IMG/VR virus record: IMGVR_UViG_3300032236_001850
Coordinates: 1 to 64,000 of that record
Direction: 5' to 3' (one strand)
DNA: 64,000 nt
Position numbers and translations under genes: made by a program. The notes under the pieces are model-generated. The model was given only the letters and a program-made list of their open reading frames with translations, was not told the DNA's origin and made no database searches. This document shows positions 47,613 to 55,456 of this stretch, piece by piece; positions within the stretch are counted from its first letter, which is position 1, and each line of letters starts with the position of its first letter.

Positions 47613-47636
47613 GTTCGAATATTTTTCATATATTTG
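47605..47636 (+). promoter_or_regulatory. Conserved 32-bp promoter (copy 7)
   Basis: TTTTTTTTGTTCG-N11-TATATTTG. Confidence 0.85.
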
Positions 47637-47654
47637 CAATATAATAATTGCAAT

Positions 47655-47870
47655 ATGGATAAGAAGTATGAAGATTGGTTGTCTCTTAGAGAATCAACAA
47701 AAAATGAGGATGGAGCTTTATGTTACTGTGGTCACACCAAAAGATGCGACTGCGGGGATCCTGACGAGACAACATTTAACGAATCAGTAGCGAGGGAGGA
47801 CATCGTTATAGGCGATCCCAATAACGGTTGGAAAACGGTAGAAAATGAAGGTAATTTCACAAAAGAATAA
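47655..47870 (+). CDS. Small Cys/His-containing protein
   Basis: CYCGH...CDC; start at MDKKY. Confidence 0.65.
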   Translation: MDKKYEDWLSLRESTKNEDGALCYCGHTKRCDCGDPDETTFNESVAREDIVIGDPNNGWKTVENEGNFTKE

Positions 47871-47873
47871 ATT

Positions 47874-48089
47874 ATGAGCGAACTAGTAAAAGTTGGAAAA
47901 ACGATGAAGAGTACATTTGAGCAAATCTCTGAGCAGGGATTCTTGGATGAATTCCCAGATTCAGAATTTAGAAACGAATCAGCATTCTCTGGAATGGGCG
48001 ACGTTTATATTAAAAGCGAATTGGTTGAAAAATTCAACCAAATGAAAGAGCAAAATCTAGGAACTAATGGAAGTTTCCCAATACTATAA
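47874..48089 (+). CDS. Hypothetical protein
   Basis: Intact ORF. Confidence 0.65.
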   Translation: MSELVKVGKTMKSTFEQISEQGFLDEFPDSEFRNESAFSGMGDVYIKSELVEKFNQMKEQNLGTNGSFPIL

Positions 48090-48092
48090 AAA

Positions 48093-48830
48093 ATGCCAAA
48101 ATTATACAAAGTAGGAGGTACAGTTCGGGATGCTATCCTTGGGATTGATTCCAAAGATATAGATTTCACTTTCGTGCTGGATGACTTAAACCAGACGGTC
48201 GAAGAGGGATTCCAAAAGATGGATGACTGGATGACGGAGAATGGATTTGAAATATTTCTCAGAGTTCCCGAAATGTACACCATTCGTGCTAGGTTTCCTA
48301 AAGGAGATCCAAACGAGAAACTGGTAGCAGATTTCGTGATGTCAAGAAAAGAAGTTGGCTACATTGAAGGAACAAGAAGACCTAAGCTTGAACTTGGAAC
48401 GCTGGAGGATGATTTAATTCGTAGAGACTTCACTATCAATGCGATGGCAGTGGACGAGGATGGGGAAATCATAGATCTGTTTGGTGGACAAGATGACCTA
48501 AGAATGGAGATATTAAGAACACCCAGGGATCCAATGATAACTCTAATGGATGATCCGCTAAGGCTTCTTCGTGCTATGAGATTTTGCATAACTAAGGATC
48601 TTGTTATCCATGACGACATCTGGGATGCTATGAAGCAACCAGCTCTGATTGATAAACTGAATCTCACAGTCAGCGGAGAGAGAATCAGAGAGGAGATTGA
48701 GAAGATGATGAAATTCGATACTGTTACATCAATGAGACTAATAACAGATTGTGACGATCACATGGAGGGAAAATTATTAAGAACACTATTCAAAGCAGGG
48801 CTTTGGCTAAAACCAACATTCAAACAATGA
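48093..48830 (+). CDS. tRNA nucleotidyltransferase / poly(A) polymerase family (class II head domain)
   Basis: VGGTVRD..DIDF, EDDLIRRDFTINAMA, DDPLRLLRAMRF, SGERIREE. Confidence 0.9.
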   Translation: MPKLYKVGGTVRDAILGIDSKDIDFTFVLDDLNQTVEEGFQKMDDWMTENGFEIFLRVPEMYTIRARFPKGDPNEKLVADFVMSRKEVGYIEGTRRPKLELGTLEDDLIRRDFTINAMAVDEDGEIIDLFGGQDDLRMEILRTPRDPMITLMDDPLRLLRAMRFCITKDLVIHDDIWDAMKQPALIDKLNLTVSGERIREEIEKMMKFDTVTSMRLITDCDDHMEGKLLRTLFKAGLWLKPTFKQ

Positions 48831-49513
48831 GAAATATAATCATTTTAATTTTATGTGCAACCACAATGTCTGCACAGTTTAAGAAAACATTCAATGAAAC
48901 AGTTACTGGTTCATATAACACAATAAAAACTGGAGAGCAGATCATAGCTTCAGTGAATTCTTTGAATCATGCGGACTATGGAAAGTTTGAGTTTGACCTA
49001 AATCCAATTTATAATGTGACTTACGTGGCTGGGAAAATGACAGCCAATGAGTTCATGAATAAAACTAATATTGGATTTAAGCACAACACCCTGTCCTTTT
49101 TCTATCTTAATCAATATGATACTTCCCTTATAAGAAGCATAGATTGGGACGAGTGGAATGGTCTTGGTGCGGGAAAGAAATTTAAGATAAGCGATAAGTT
49201 TACCACATCAGTTTCATACTGTTTCGAACAGCAACTTAGGAAGTATGTTGGTTCCGATTTAGAAACCATATACAGGAATTCATTCAGGCTGAAATCTTCA
49301 CTGAATTACGAGACAGTGGCTTTCTCAATAGAGTATTATTACCAACCAGCAATAAACACCAATGACGTCAATGTTTTTGGCACATCCAAGATAACAATTC
49401 TACCAAATAAACCAGTTAGCTTTGTTGTACAGAACACGTACAATTATATGAGCACTGACGCTGTTAAAACAATACAGAACACAACATTTGGAGTAAATGT
49501 AAATATAAAATGA
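48827..49513 (+). CDS. Outer-membrane beta-barrel protein (DUF481-like)
   Basis: Signal peptide MRNIIILILCATTMSAQ; GLGAG, RNSFRLK, YYYQP, terminal FGVNVNIK. Confidence 0.6.
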   Translation: MRNIIILILCATTMSAQFKKTFNETVTGSYNTIKTGEQIIASVNSLNHADYGKFEFDLNPIYNVTYVAGKMTANEFMNKTNIGFKHNTLSFFYLNQYDTSLIRSIDWDEWNGLGAGKKFKISDKFTTSVSYCFEQQLRKYVGSDLETIYRNSFRLKSSLNYETVAFSIEYYYQPAINTNDVNVFGTSKITILPNKPVSFVVQNTYNYMSTDAVKTIQNTTFGVNVNIK

Positions 49514-49992
49514 AAATGAATCCACTGGTAGTTGCAGCATTCCCTGGATCTGGGAAATCCTATTATAGTGAAGAATTGGATCAGTCCGGATCTTCAGTAT
49601 CAGTTGAGGTTTCTGATCTGCTATTAAAATATTACAGCTTCAATACAGAAAGAGTTAATTTAGAAATTAGTGAGATCTACCAGAAATATTCATTATTTAT
49701 AGATGAGAAAATAAATGATGGCTACTCTATAATTTTTATCCCTGCATTCTATGATGATGTATTGGAACTGATGAGATTCGAAAAGTACCGGATCGTTTTA
49801 GTTTACCCGAAACAGGATCTCCTTAATGAGTACCTGACAAGATACAAATCCCGAGGAAGTGACGGGATCTATATAGAAAAGATCTCGAGAGAATGGAACG
49901 ATTCCCTTGATAAATTAAAATCAATAGCTGGATGCAGACATATAGAGTTGAATAGCATGCAATACATATCGGATATAATAAAAGATCTTTAA
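49510..49992 (+). CDS. P-loop kinase-like protein
   Basis: VVAAFPGSGKS. Confidence 0.7.
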   Translation: MKMNPLVVAAFPGSGKSYYSEELDQSGSSVSVEVSDLLLKYYSFNTERVNLEISEIYQKYSLFIDEKINDGYSIIFIPAFYDDVLELMRFEKYRIVLVYPKQDLLNEYLTRYKSRGSDGIYIEKISREWNDSLDKLKSIAGCRHIELNSMQYISDIIKDL

Positions 49993-49994
49993 AA

Positions 49995-50912
49995 ATGAAA
50001 AGAAATCTAAAAAAAATAATCATGAACTCAGATCTCCCAATGACCAGCGGTCCGTTACTCAGATTTGATCAGGAGACAGCTGATAAGATAACAGAGAGTG
50101 GGAAAGAAACCATCAGGGAAGCCATCAAGGTTGTCAGTGCAGGAATATATGGGGAGGTAGGAGACAAATCAGATTTTAAGAAGATGCTGGAGTCATGGAA
50201 CCCAGTTGATTCGCTTGGATCCGGAGAGCCAGAGCAATTAACACAGGAGGAGATCGACGAGAGACAGGCTTATATAGACGACACCAAAAATGGATACTCT
50301 GAAGCTGCCGTTCATAAGATACTCAAGGATCTAAAGATTGACGAACCTGTTCTCAATATCTATAGATACGGAAGCCGAATCTATGGAACTGCTGATCAGA
50401 ATTCAGATCACGATTACATCATAGTTACCAGAGGAGCTATGCTTAAGAGTGGTGCTTTTAAACAGAATGCCATCTCCAGCGAAAACCGTAACATCCAAGG
50501 AATCCTTTATTCCAGAAGCGGATTTACGGATGCTATCAACAACTACGATATTAGTGCATTGGAATGCCTATCATTACATCCTGATGATGTGGTTAAAAGC
50601 ACTTGGCCTTTCAAGGTTCAAAAATGGGACAATAAGGTGATGACAAAAAAGATCATCTCGAAAGTTTCAGCATCCTGGCACACTGCTGACATGCAGGCTA
50701 AAGATGGATTCAAAGATCGTGCTAAGAAGGGTATTTTTCATGCACTTAGAATTCTGCACTTTGCATTACAGTTGAAGGAGAATCAGAAGATTGATGACTT
50801 TGGATGTGTTAACTATATCTGGGAGGATTTTAAATTGATTCCAGATGAGGAGTTTGATACCAGAGACTATATCAAGGAGAGGGATGAACTAATGGAAGAA
50901 TTAAGATCATGA
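49995..50912 (+). CDS. Pol-beta-superfamily nucleotidyltransferase with helical C-terminal domain
   Basis: YGSRIYGTADQNSDHD (GS..DxD). Confidence 0.8.
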   Translation: MKRNLKKIIMNSDLPMTSGPLLRFDQETADKITESGKETIREAIKVVSAGIYGEVGDKSDFKKMLESWNPVDSLGSGEPEQLTQEEIDERQAYIDDTKNGYSEAAVHKILKDLKIDEPVLNIYRYGSRIYGTADQNSDHDYIIVTRGAMLKSGAFKQNAISSENRNIQGILYSRSGFTDAINNYDISALECLSLHPDDVVKSTWPFKVQKWDNKVMTKKIISKVSASWHTADMQAKDGFKDRAKKGIFHALRILHFALQLKENQKIDDFGCVNYIWEDFKLIPDEEFDTRDYIKERDELMEELRS

Positions 50913-51145
50913 TAAAAATAGACGAGAAGAAACTTGACAGATATTACCAGGAATACCTAAATAGTATTGCGGAAAATCCAGAGATTAGTCACAATCTAAA
51001 GAGTCTTGCACCAGTAAATTGGTATAGTACTAGTTTGGTATCGTGTGTCTTTGCATCTATATTGGAAAGTAATTTTCACGACATAGCAACACTCGAAGAA
51101 GTTAAATTTGAAAAATTAGGAAATGAAAATAAAAGCGATTTATAA
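50909..51145 (+). CDS. Hypothetical protein
   Basis: Overlapping gene train. Confidence 0.6.
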   Translation: MIKIDEKKLDRYYQEYLNSIAENPEISHNLKSLAPVNWYSTSLVSCVFASILESNFHDIATLEEVKFEKLGNENKSDL

Positions 51146-51374
51146 AAGAAATTTGAAGATGCCGGAGGGCAAGGTGGCTTCACAAGTTGCACATGCTGTT
51201 AAGAATCTTGGGATCACTCCGATTGATTCGATTATAGTGGTTCTTTGTGTTTCGGATAAGAAGTTTGAAGAGCTTGTTGCGGAACACCCAAATTGCTATG
51301 TACAAACGGATCTAGGTTTAACCTGCGTTGAAAGTGGTACACGTACTGCTGCAGCATGGATAGAGGAGGAATAA
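51123..51374 (+). CDS. pth2: Peptidyl-tRNA hydrolase, Pth2 family (minimal)
   Basis: LKMPEGKVASQVAHA and QTDLGLT.VESGTRTA match Pth2 GK.AAQ..HA and D.G.T...GT.T. Confidence 0.8.
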   Translation: MKIKAIYKRNLKMPEGKVASQVAHAVKNLGITPIDSIIVVLCVSDKKFEELVAEHPNCYVQTDLGLTCVESGTRTAAAWIEEE

Positions 51375-51820
51375 TGGTAAACAAAGTCAACATAAACAAC
51401 AGGAAAGCAAAGTTCGATTTCGAGTTCATTAGAACTCTAACTGCTGGTATGCAGCTGATGGGATCGGAAGTAAAGGCTATCCGAGATGGCAGAGTTTCCT
51501 TTGTGGATTCCTACTGTTACTTCAACGGCAAAGAACTTTTTCTAAAGAATCTAAATATAACTCCAATATCATCTACATATTCTCACGAACCCAACAGGGA
51601 GAGAAGGTTGCTTCTTAATAGAAGTGAACTTAGAAAACTTCAGAATGATATGGACAGAGGAATGACTATAGTTCCTTTTAGAATTTTTACAAATGAGAAG
51701 GGCTTGATCAAACTAGATATCGCACTTGCTAAGGGAAAGAAGAGTTACGACAAAAAAGAAAAAATAAAGGAGGCAGATATAAAAAGGGATACTAAAAGAT
51801 TCATTGCTGGAGATATATAG
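51374..51820 (+). CDS. smpB: SsrA-binding protein
   Basis: NRKAKFDF, AGMQLMGSEVKAIR, RERRLLLNRSE, IALAKGKK..DKK; TAATG-coupled to pth2. Confidence 0.95.
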   Translation: MVNKVNINNRKAKFDFEFIRTLTAGMQLMGSEVKAIRDGRVSFVDSYCYFNGKELFLKNLNITPISSTYSHEPNRERRLLLNRSELRKLQNDMDRGMTIVPFRIFTNEKGLIKLDIALAKGKKSYDKKEKIKEADIKRDTKRFIAGDI

Positions 51821-51838
51821 GTATAAAATCATACCTAT
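51812..51838 (+). promoter_or_regulatory. GATATATA motif plus initiation-region hairpin upstream of homing endonuclease
   Basis: GATATATA at 51812-51819; hairpin ATAGGTAT-AAAATC-ATACCTAT (51817-51838) ending 1 nt before ATG 51840. Confidence 0.7.
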
Positions 51839-51839
51839 T

Positions 51840-52874
51840 ATGAGACACAGTAAAAAATATCTGATTAATTATTTAATAGAAAATTATAACAAAAAAAGTA
51901 AATCCGAGATAATTAGTGAACTCGACCTTTCGTGGACATATCTGCAAAAAATAGCATCTTTAAATGGTATAAAAAGAGAATTTTGTGAAAATAAAAACGG
52001 AGGTAAATATTCAATATTAACAAATTATGATAATATTATAAGTTGTTATTGGTTAGGATTTATGTTAGCTGATGGTAATATAAGCAAAAAAAATAATATG
52101 ATGCTCAATTTAGCAATATGTGATAAAGATCATATACTCAAAATAGAAACTCATGTTGGAAAAACCTGCGTGTATTATAAAAAAGACAATATAATAACAA
52201 TTGTTTTGAATGATTCTGTTACATTTAAAAAAATAGCATCAGATTTCAATTGGAAAACTAATAAAACAAAAAACCCACCCGTTCTACCGGGATCAATGAG
52301 CCCTGATTGTATATTTTCAATGATCATCGGATTCATTGATGGTGATGGATGTATTGATGAAAGGTATGGACTGAAAGTTAAATGTGATGGATCGTGGCAA
52401 GACATGCTTAACTATTTCCATTTAATATTAACAGGTAATTCTAAAAAATATCAAATTAACAATAATGGTTATTCGGTATTTCGAGTGGGTGACATGGTTA
52501 AACTAAAGGATATAAAGAAAAAAATTTTAGACCTTGGTATTCCAGCTATGGATAGGAAGTGGGATAAAATAGATATTAATAGGATATACAAATCGGAGAA
52601 AAAATCTATTATTTCGGAGATGCTAAATAACGGGGATAACATGGAGTCGATATTAGAAAAAACAGGATTTAGCAAAACGTTATATTATTCAGTTGCAAAC
52701 AAGGAAGGAATAAATGTAAGAAAAAATAAAATATCCGATAATCAATCCGCATCGATAGTAACAATGTATAATAACGGAATTACTACCAGGGAGATATCTA
52801 GCTCACTCAAATTAAGTATATCAACAATACACAGACACATTAAAAAATACAAAGAAGCTAAAAGAAGTTTATAA
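51840..52874 (+). mobile_element. Free-standing double-motif LAGLIDADG homing endonuclease with C-terminal HTH-like region
   Basis: YWLGFMLADGNI and MIIGFIDGDGCI; HTH-like ITTREISSSLKLSISTIHRHI; more AT-rich than neighbours. Confidence 0.85.
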
Positions 52875-53341
52875 TGGAAAGAGTAGAAATGCGTGACAAA
52901 TCGCACAGGTCGATTGTACAGAAACAAGAAACACCACAATCGGAAAAGCAGAAGGTTAAAACAGAAAAGAAAATCAAATATGATCAGAATCTTAAGAATT
53001 CGATCATGAAAATGTTTAAGGATAGTAGATACTGTTCCATGATGATTAGCTATTCGTATAGATACTCTGATGAGATTGTGATTGAAGACGTGAAAGCAAC
53101 AATTCTGAAGGATGACTATGATGCCTTTATCAAGGAGATAAAGGCATGTAATTTTGATAAGACATCAACATTATCGGTTATCAACAAATATTCACCAGTA
53201 AACAGGGAGAATAGATCAACAGGATCAACAAATATCGGTTGGGTGACACCAATAGAAAGATTAGGTCCATCGTCGGGTTTAATAAAGATTGGTAAGTCTT
53301 CTAGAAATCAAGATGACGATGCATTTAATAAATTTTTCTAA
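52874..53341 (+). CDS. Hypothetical protein
   Basis: TAATG-coupled. Confidence 0.7.
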   Translation: MERVEMRDKSHRSIVQKQETPQSEKQKVKTEKKIKYDQNLKNSIMKMFKDSRYCSMMISYSYRYSDEIVIEDVKATILKDDYDAFIKEIKACNFDKTSTLSVINKYSPVNRENRSTGSTNIGWVTPIERLGPSSGLIKIGKSSRNQDDDAFNKFF

Positions 53342-53613
53342 TGAAAGAAGGAATAGTTTTAATAGCGATCCCCATATTGGTCCTAGGACTCATTATAGCT
53401 CTCCATACGAAGTCCGATAAGTATGTGGGTACTGTAGTAAAGGTTAGCTCGTGGGATGGAGCAGCGAGCTTAAAAACAAAGAATAAGAGAGGTCAAGACA
53501 CCATCATTGAGGTTAAGCCTCGAAGATTTGAAAGATTCACCGAGGGGCAGGTAATTACAGCTTGGATTGGTGGAGATTTAATAGGAGACATAGCAACAAC
53601 AAATCCACAATAA
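53341..53613 (+). CDS. Membrane-anchored OB-like protein
   Basis: N-terminal TM helix then beta-strands. Confidence 0.65.
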   Translation: MKEGIVLIAIPILVLGLIIALHTKSDKYVGTVVKVSSWDGAASLKTKNKRGQDTIIEVKPRRFERFTEGQVITAWIGGDLIGDIATTNPQ

Positions 53614-53614
53614 T

Positions 53615-53782
53615 ATGACAGTAAAACATCTAATCAAAATTCTAGAAAAAATTGACGGTGATAAAATAGTCGTCATAACAGATCCCGATGGGATATCTTG
53701 GACCAATGTCGGTGATGTGGTTGAGGAAAAGTGTGAGGTAAAGATAATAGAGGATGGTGATGATCCTTTCCATGATAGCTAA
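53615..53782 (+). CDS. 55-aa protein (not in ORF track)
   Basis: MTVKHLIKILEKIDGDKIVVITDPDG... fills the gap exactly. Confidence 0.65.
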   Translation: MTVKHLIKILEKIDGDKIVVITDPDGISWTNVGDVVEEKCEVKIIEDGDDPFHDS

Positions 53783-53783
53783 T

Positions 53784-53999
53784 ATGAAGTATTACTTTAT
53801 AACATATCAGGCAACTAGCAGTTCAGGTTCAATTTCCAAATGGAATCAGGTTATCTGCACATCTCCCATGGAGTTCATAAAGAAAGTCGAGAAAGCGGAG
53901 GATCATGGAACTCCATTTAGAAGATATTTCGGATTCGTTGTCATCAACACATGTGAAATATCTGAGGATGACTACAATAAGTATAAAGATCAATTTTAA
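53784..53999 (+). CDS. Hypothetical protein
   Basis: Start at MKYYFITY. Confidence 0.65.
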   Translation: MKYYFITYQATSSSGSISKWNQVICTSPMEFIKKVEKAEDHGTPFRRYFGFVVINTCEISEDDYNKYKDQF

Positions 54000-54010
54000 A
54001 AACAATTATA

Positions 54011-54352
54011 ATGGCTTACGATAAGGAATACTACGAAAAAAACAAAGACAAATTCTCAGAGGCAAGAAAAAAATGGTATTATAAAGACAGAGCCAAAAAG
54101 ATGGCTATGGGTTTAATAAAACCAAGACTCACTGAGGAACAGAAAAAAGAAAAAGCAGATAGCTACAGAATAAAAGCTGTTGAAAGATACCACACAGATC
54201 CCGATTTTAGAGAGAAATGTTTAGAAAATTACAGCAAAAGATATCATTCGGATCCGGACTTCAGAGAAAGAAAAAAAGTGTATCTTAAAGCATGGAGAGC
54301 AAAACGTAGAGAAAATAAGAAAAATAATGAAACAGCACATAGAGGAAATTAA
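54011..54352 (+). CDS. Basic helical protein with RYHxDPDFRE repeat
   Basis: Two 19-aa-spaced repeats. Confidence 0.7.
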   Translation: MAYDKEYYEKNKDKFSEARKKWYYKDRAKKMAMGLIKPRLTEEQKKEKADSYRIKAVERYHTDPDFREKCLENYSKRYHSDPDFRERKKVYLKAWRAKRRENKKNNETAHRGN

Positions 54353-54812
54353 AAAAATCGCAATCGAAACATTTGCGATGAATCATGATTCCATCCATGG
54401 AATCCAACATTGGGAGGAAGTTCACGAGAATGGACTTATGTTATCGAGACAACCTGGTGTGGATTTGGTGGTTGTTCGCCTTTTTGCATACCTACATGAT
54501 TGTAAAAGAGAAGACGACCATCAGGATCCGGAGCATGGCGACAGAGCTGCTGATTTTGTTGTTTGGCTTAGAAACACCGGGAAATTACATTTTTTGAAAC
54601 ATGAACAATATCACAAATTATGGATGGCATGTTTACAACATCATAAAGGTGTAGTCGACACTGAGGATATCACTATCGGAGCTTGCTTTGATGCTGATAG
54701 AATAGAGCTAATACGTTGCGGCATAACACCAAGAGAAGATCTAATGAGCACACCAATGGGAATTAGGATCGCTAAGAAGATGAACGAATTAAAAACATTT
54801 AAAGGACATTAA
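54327..54812 (+). CDS. HD-domain phosphohydrolase
   Basis: HGIQHW, FAYLHDCKR, HGDRAA, CFDADR. Confidence 0.85.
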   Translation: MKQHIEEIKKIAIETFAMNHDSIHGIQHWEEVHENGLMLSRQPGVDLVVVRLFAYLHDCKREDDHQDPEHGDRAADFVVWLRNTGKLHFLKHEQYHKLWMACLQHHKGVVDTEDITIGACFDADRIELIRCGITPREDLMSTPMGIRIAKKMNELKTFKGH

Positions 54813-54816
54813 ATAA

Positions 54817-54848
54817 TTTTTTTAATTCGAAATTAATCATTACATTTG
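54817..54848 (+). promoter_or_regulatory. Conserved 32-bp promoter (copy 8)
   Basis: TTTTTTTAATTCG-N11-TACATTTG. Confidence 0.85.
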
Positions 54849-54868
54849 CGATATAAAAATAAAAGAAT

Positions 54869-55453
54869 ATGGATTTGACAACCTACGTAGACTGGTGCAT
54901 AGCACAACACGATAACACCAACCACATGTACGACAAATATATTCCGTACAGTTTTCACCTGAGAATGGTAGATAGAGCAGCACAGCAATTTGAACACCTT
55001 TTGGATGATACTAAAGACATGCAAACTGGTAAATCTAGAGAGATTCTAGAGGGAAGCAGAATTGGATTCGTTTCTCTTAAAATGGCTTGTAGAAAAGCTT
55101 GCTGGGGACACGATACAATTGAGGACACAAGAACTTCCTACAACGATGCAGTTAACCATCTCGGTAAAGATGCAGCTGATATTGTTTATGCAGTTACCAA
55201 CGAGAAAGGTAAAAATCGTGCAGAAAGAGCCAATGACAAGTACTATGCTGGAATAGTAGAAACACCAGGAGCAGTTTTTGTTAAACTTTGCGACCGTATA
55301 GCTAATGTTCAATATGGTAAAATGACGGGGAGCTCAATGTACGACAAGTACAAAAAAGAAAATGCTAACTTTGTTACTAAACTTGGTGGTGACGACAAAG
55401 ACCACAAGCTAGCACCAATGTTCGAATATTTGTTGAATCTTTTTAAAGATTAG
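54869..55453 (+). CDS. Small alarmone hydrolase-like HD protein (RelA/SpoT HD type)
   Basis: PYSFHL..V, HDTIEDT, V..VT.EKG, VKLCDRIANV. Confidence 0.85.
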   Translation: MDLTTYVDWCIAQHDNTNHMYDKYIPYSFHLRMVDRAAQQFEHLLDDTKDMQTGKSREILEGSRIGFVSLKMACRKACWGHDTIEDTRTSYNDAVNHLGKDAADIVYAVTNEKGKNRAERANDKYYAGIVETPGAVFVKLCDRIANVQYGKMTGSSMYDKYKKENANFVTKLGGDDKDHKLAPMFEYLLNLFKD

Positions 55454-55456
55454 AAC

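Noticed and set aside
51804-52874. LAGLIDADG ORF as part of a self-splicing intron or intein in smpB
   Set aside because: smpB is complete with its C-terminal tail before the ORF, the next gene follows by TAATG overlap, and no room or motif for intron core or intein ends was seen
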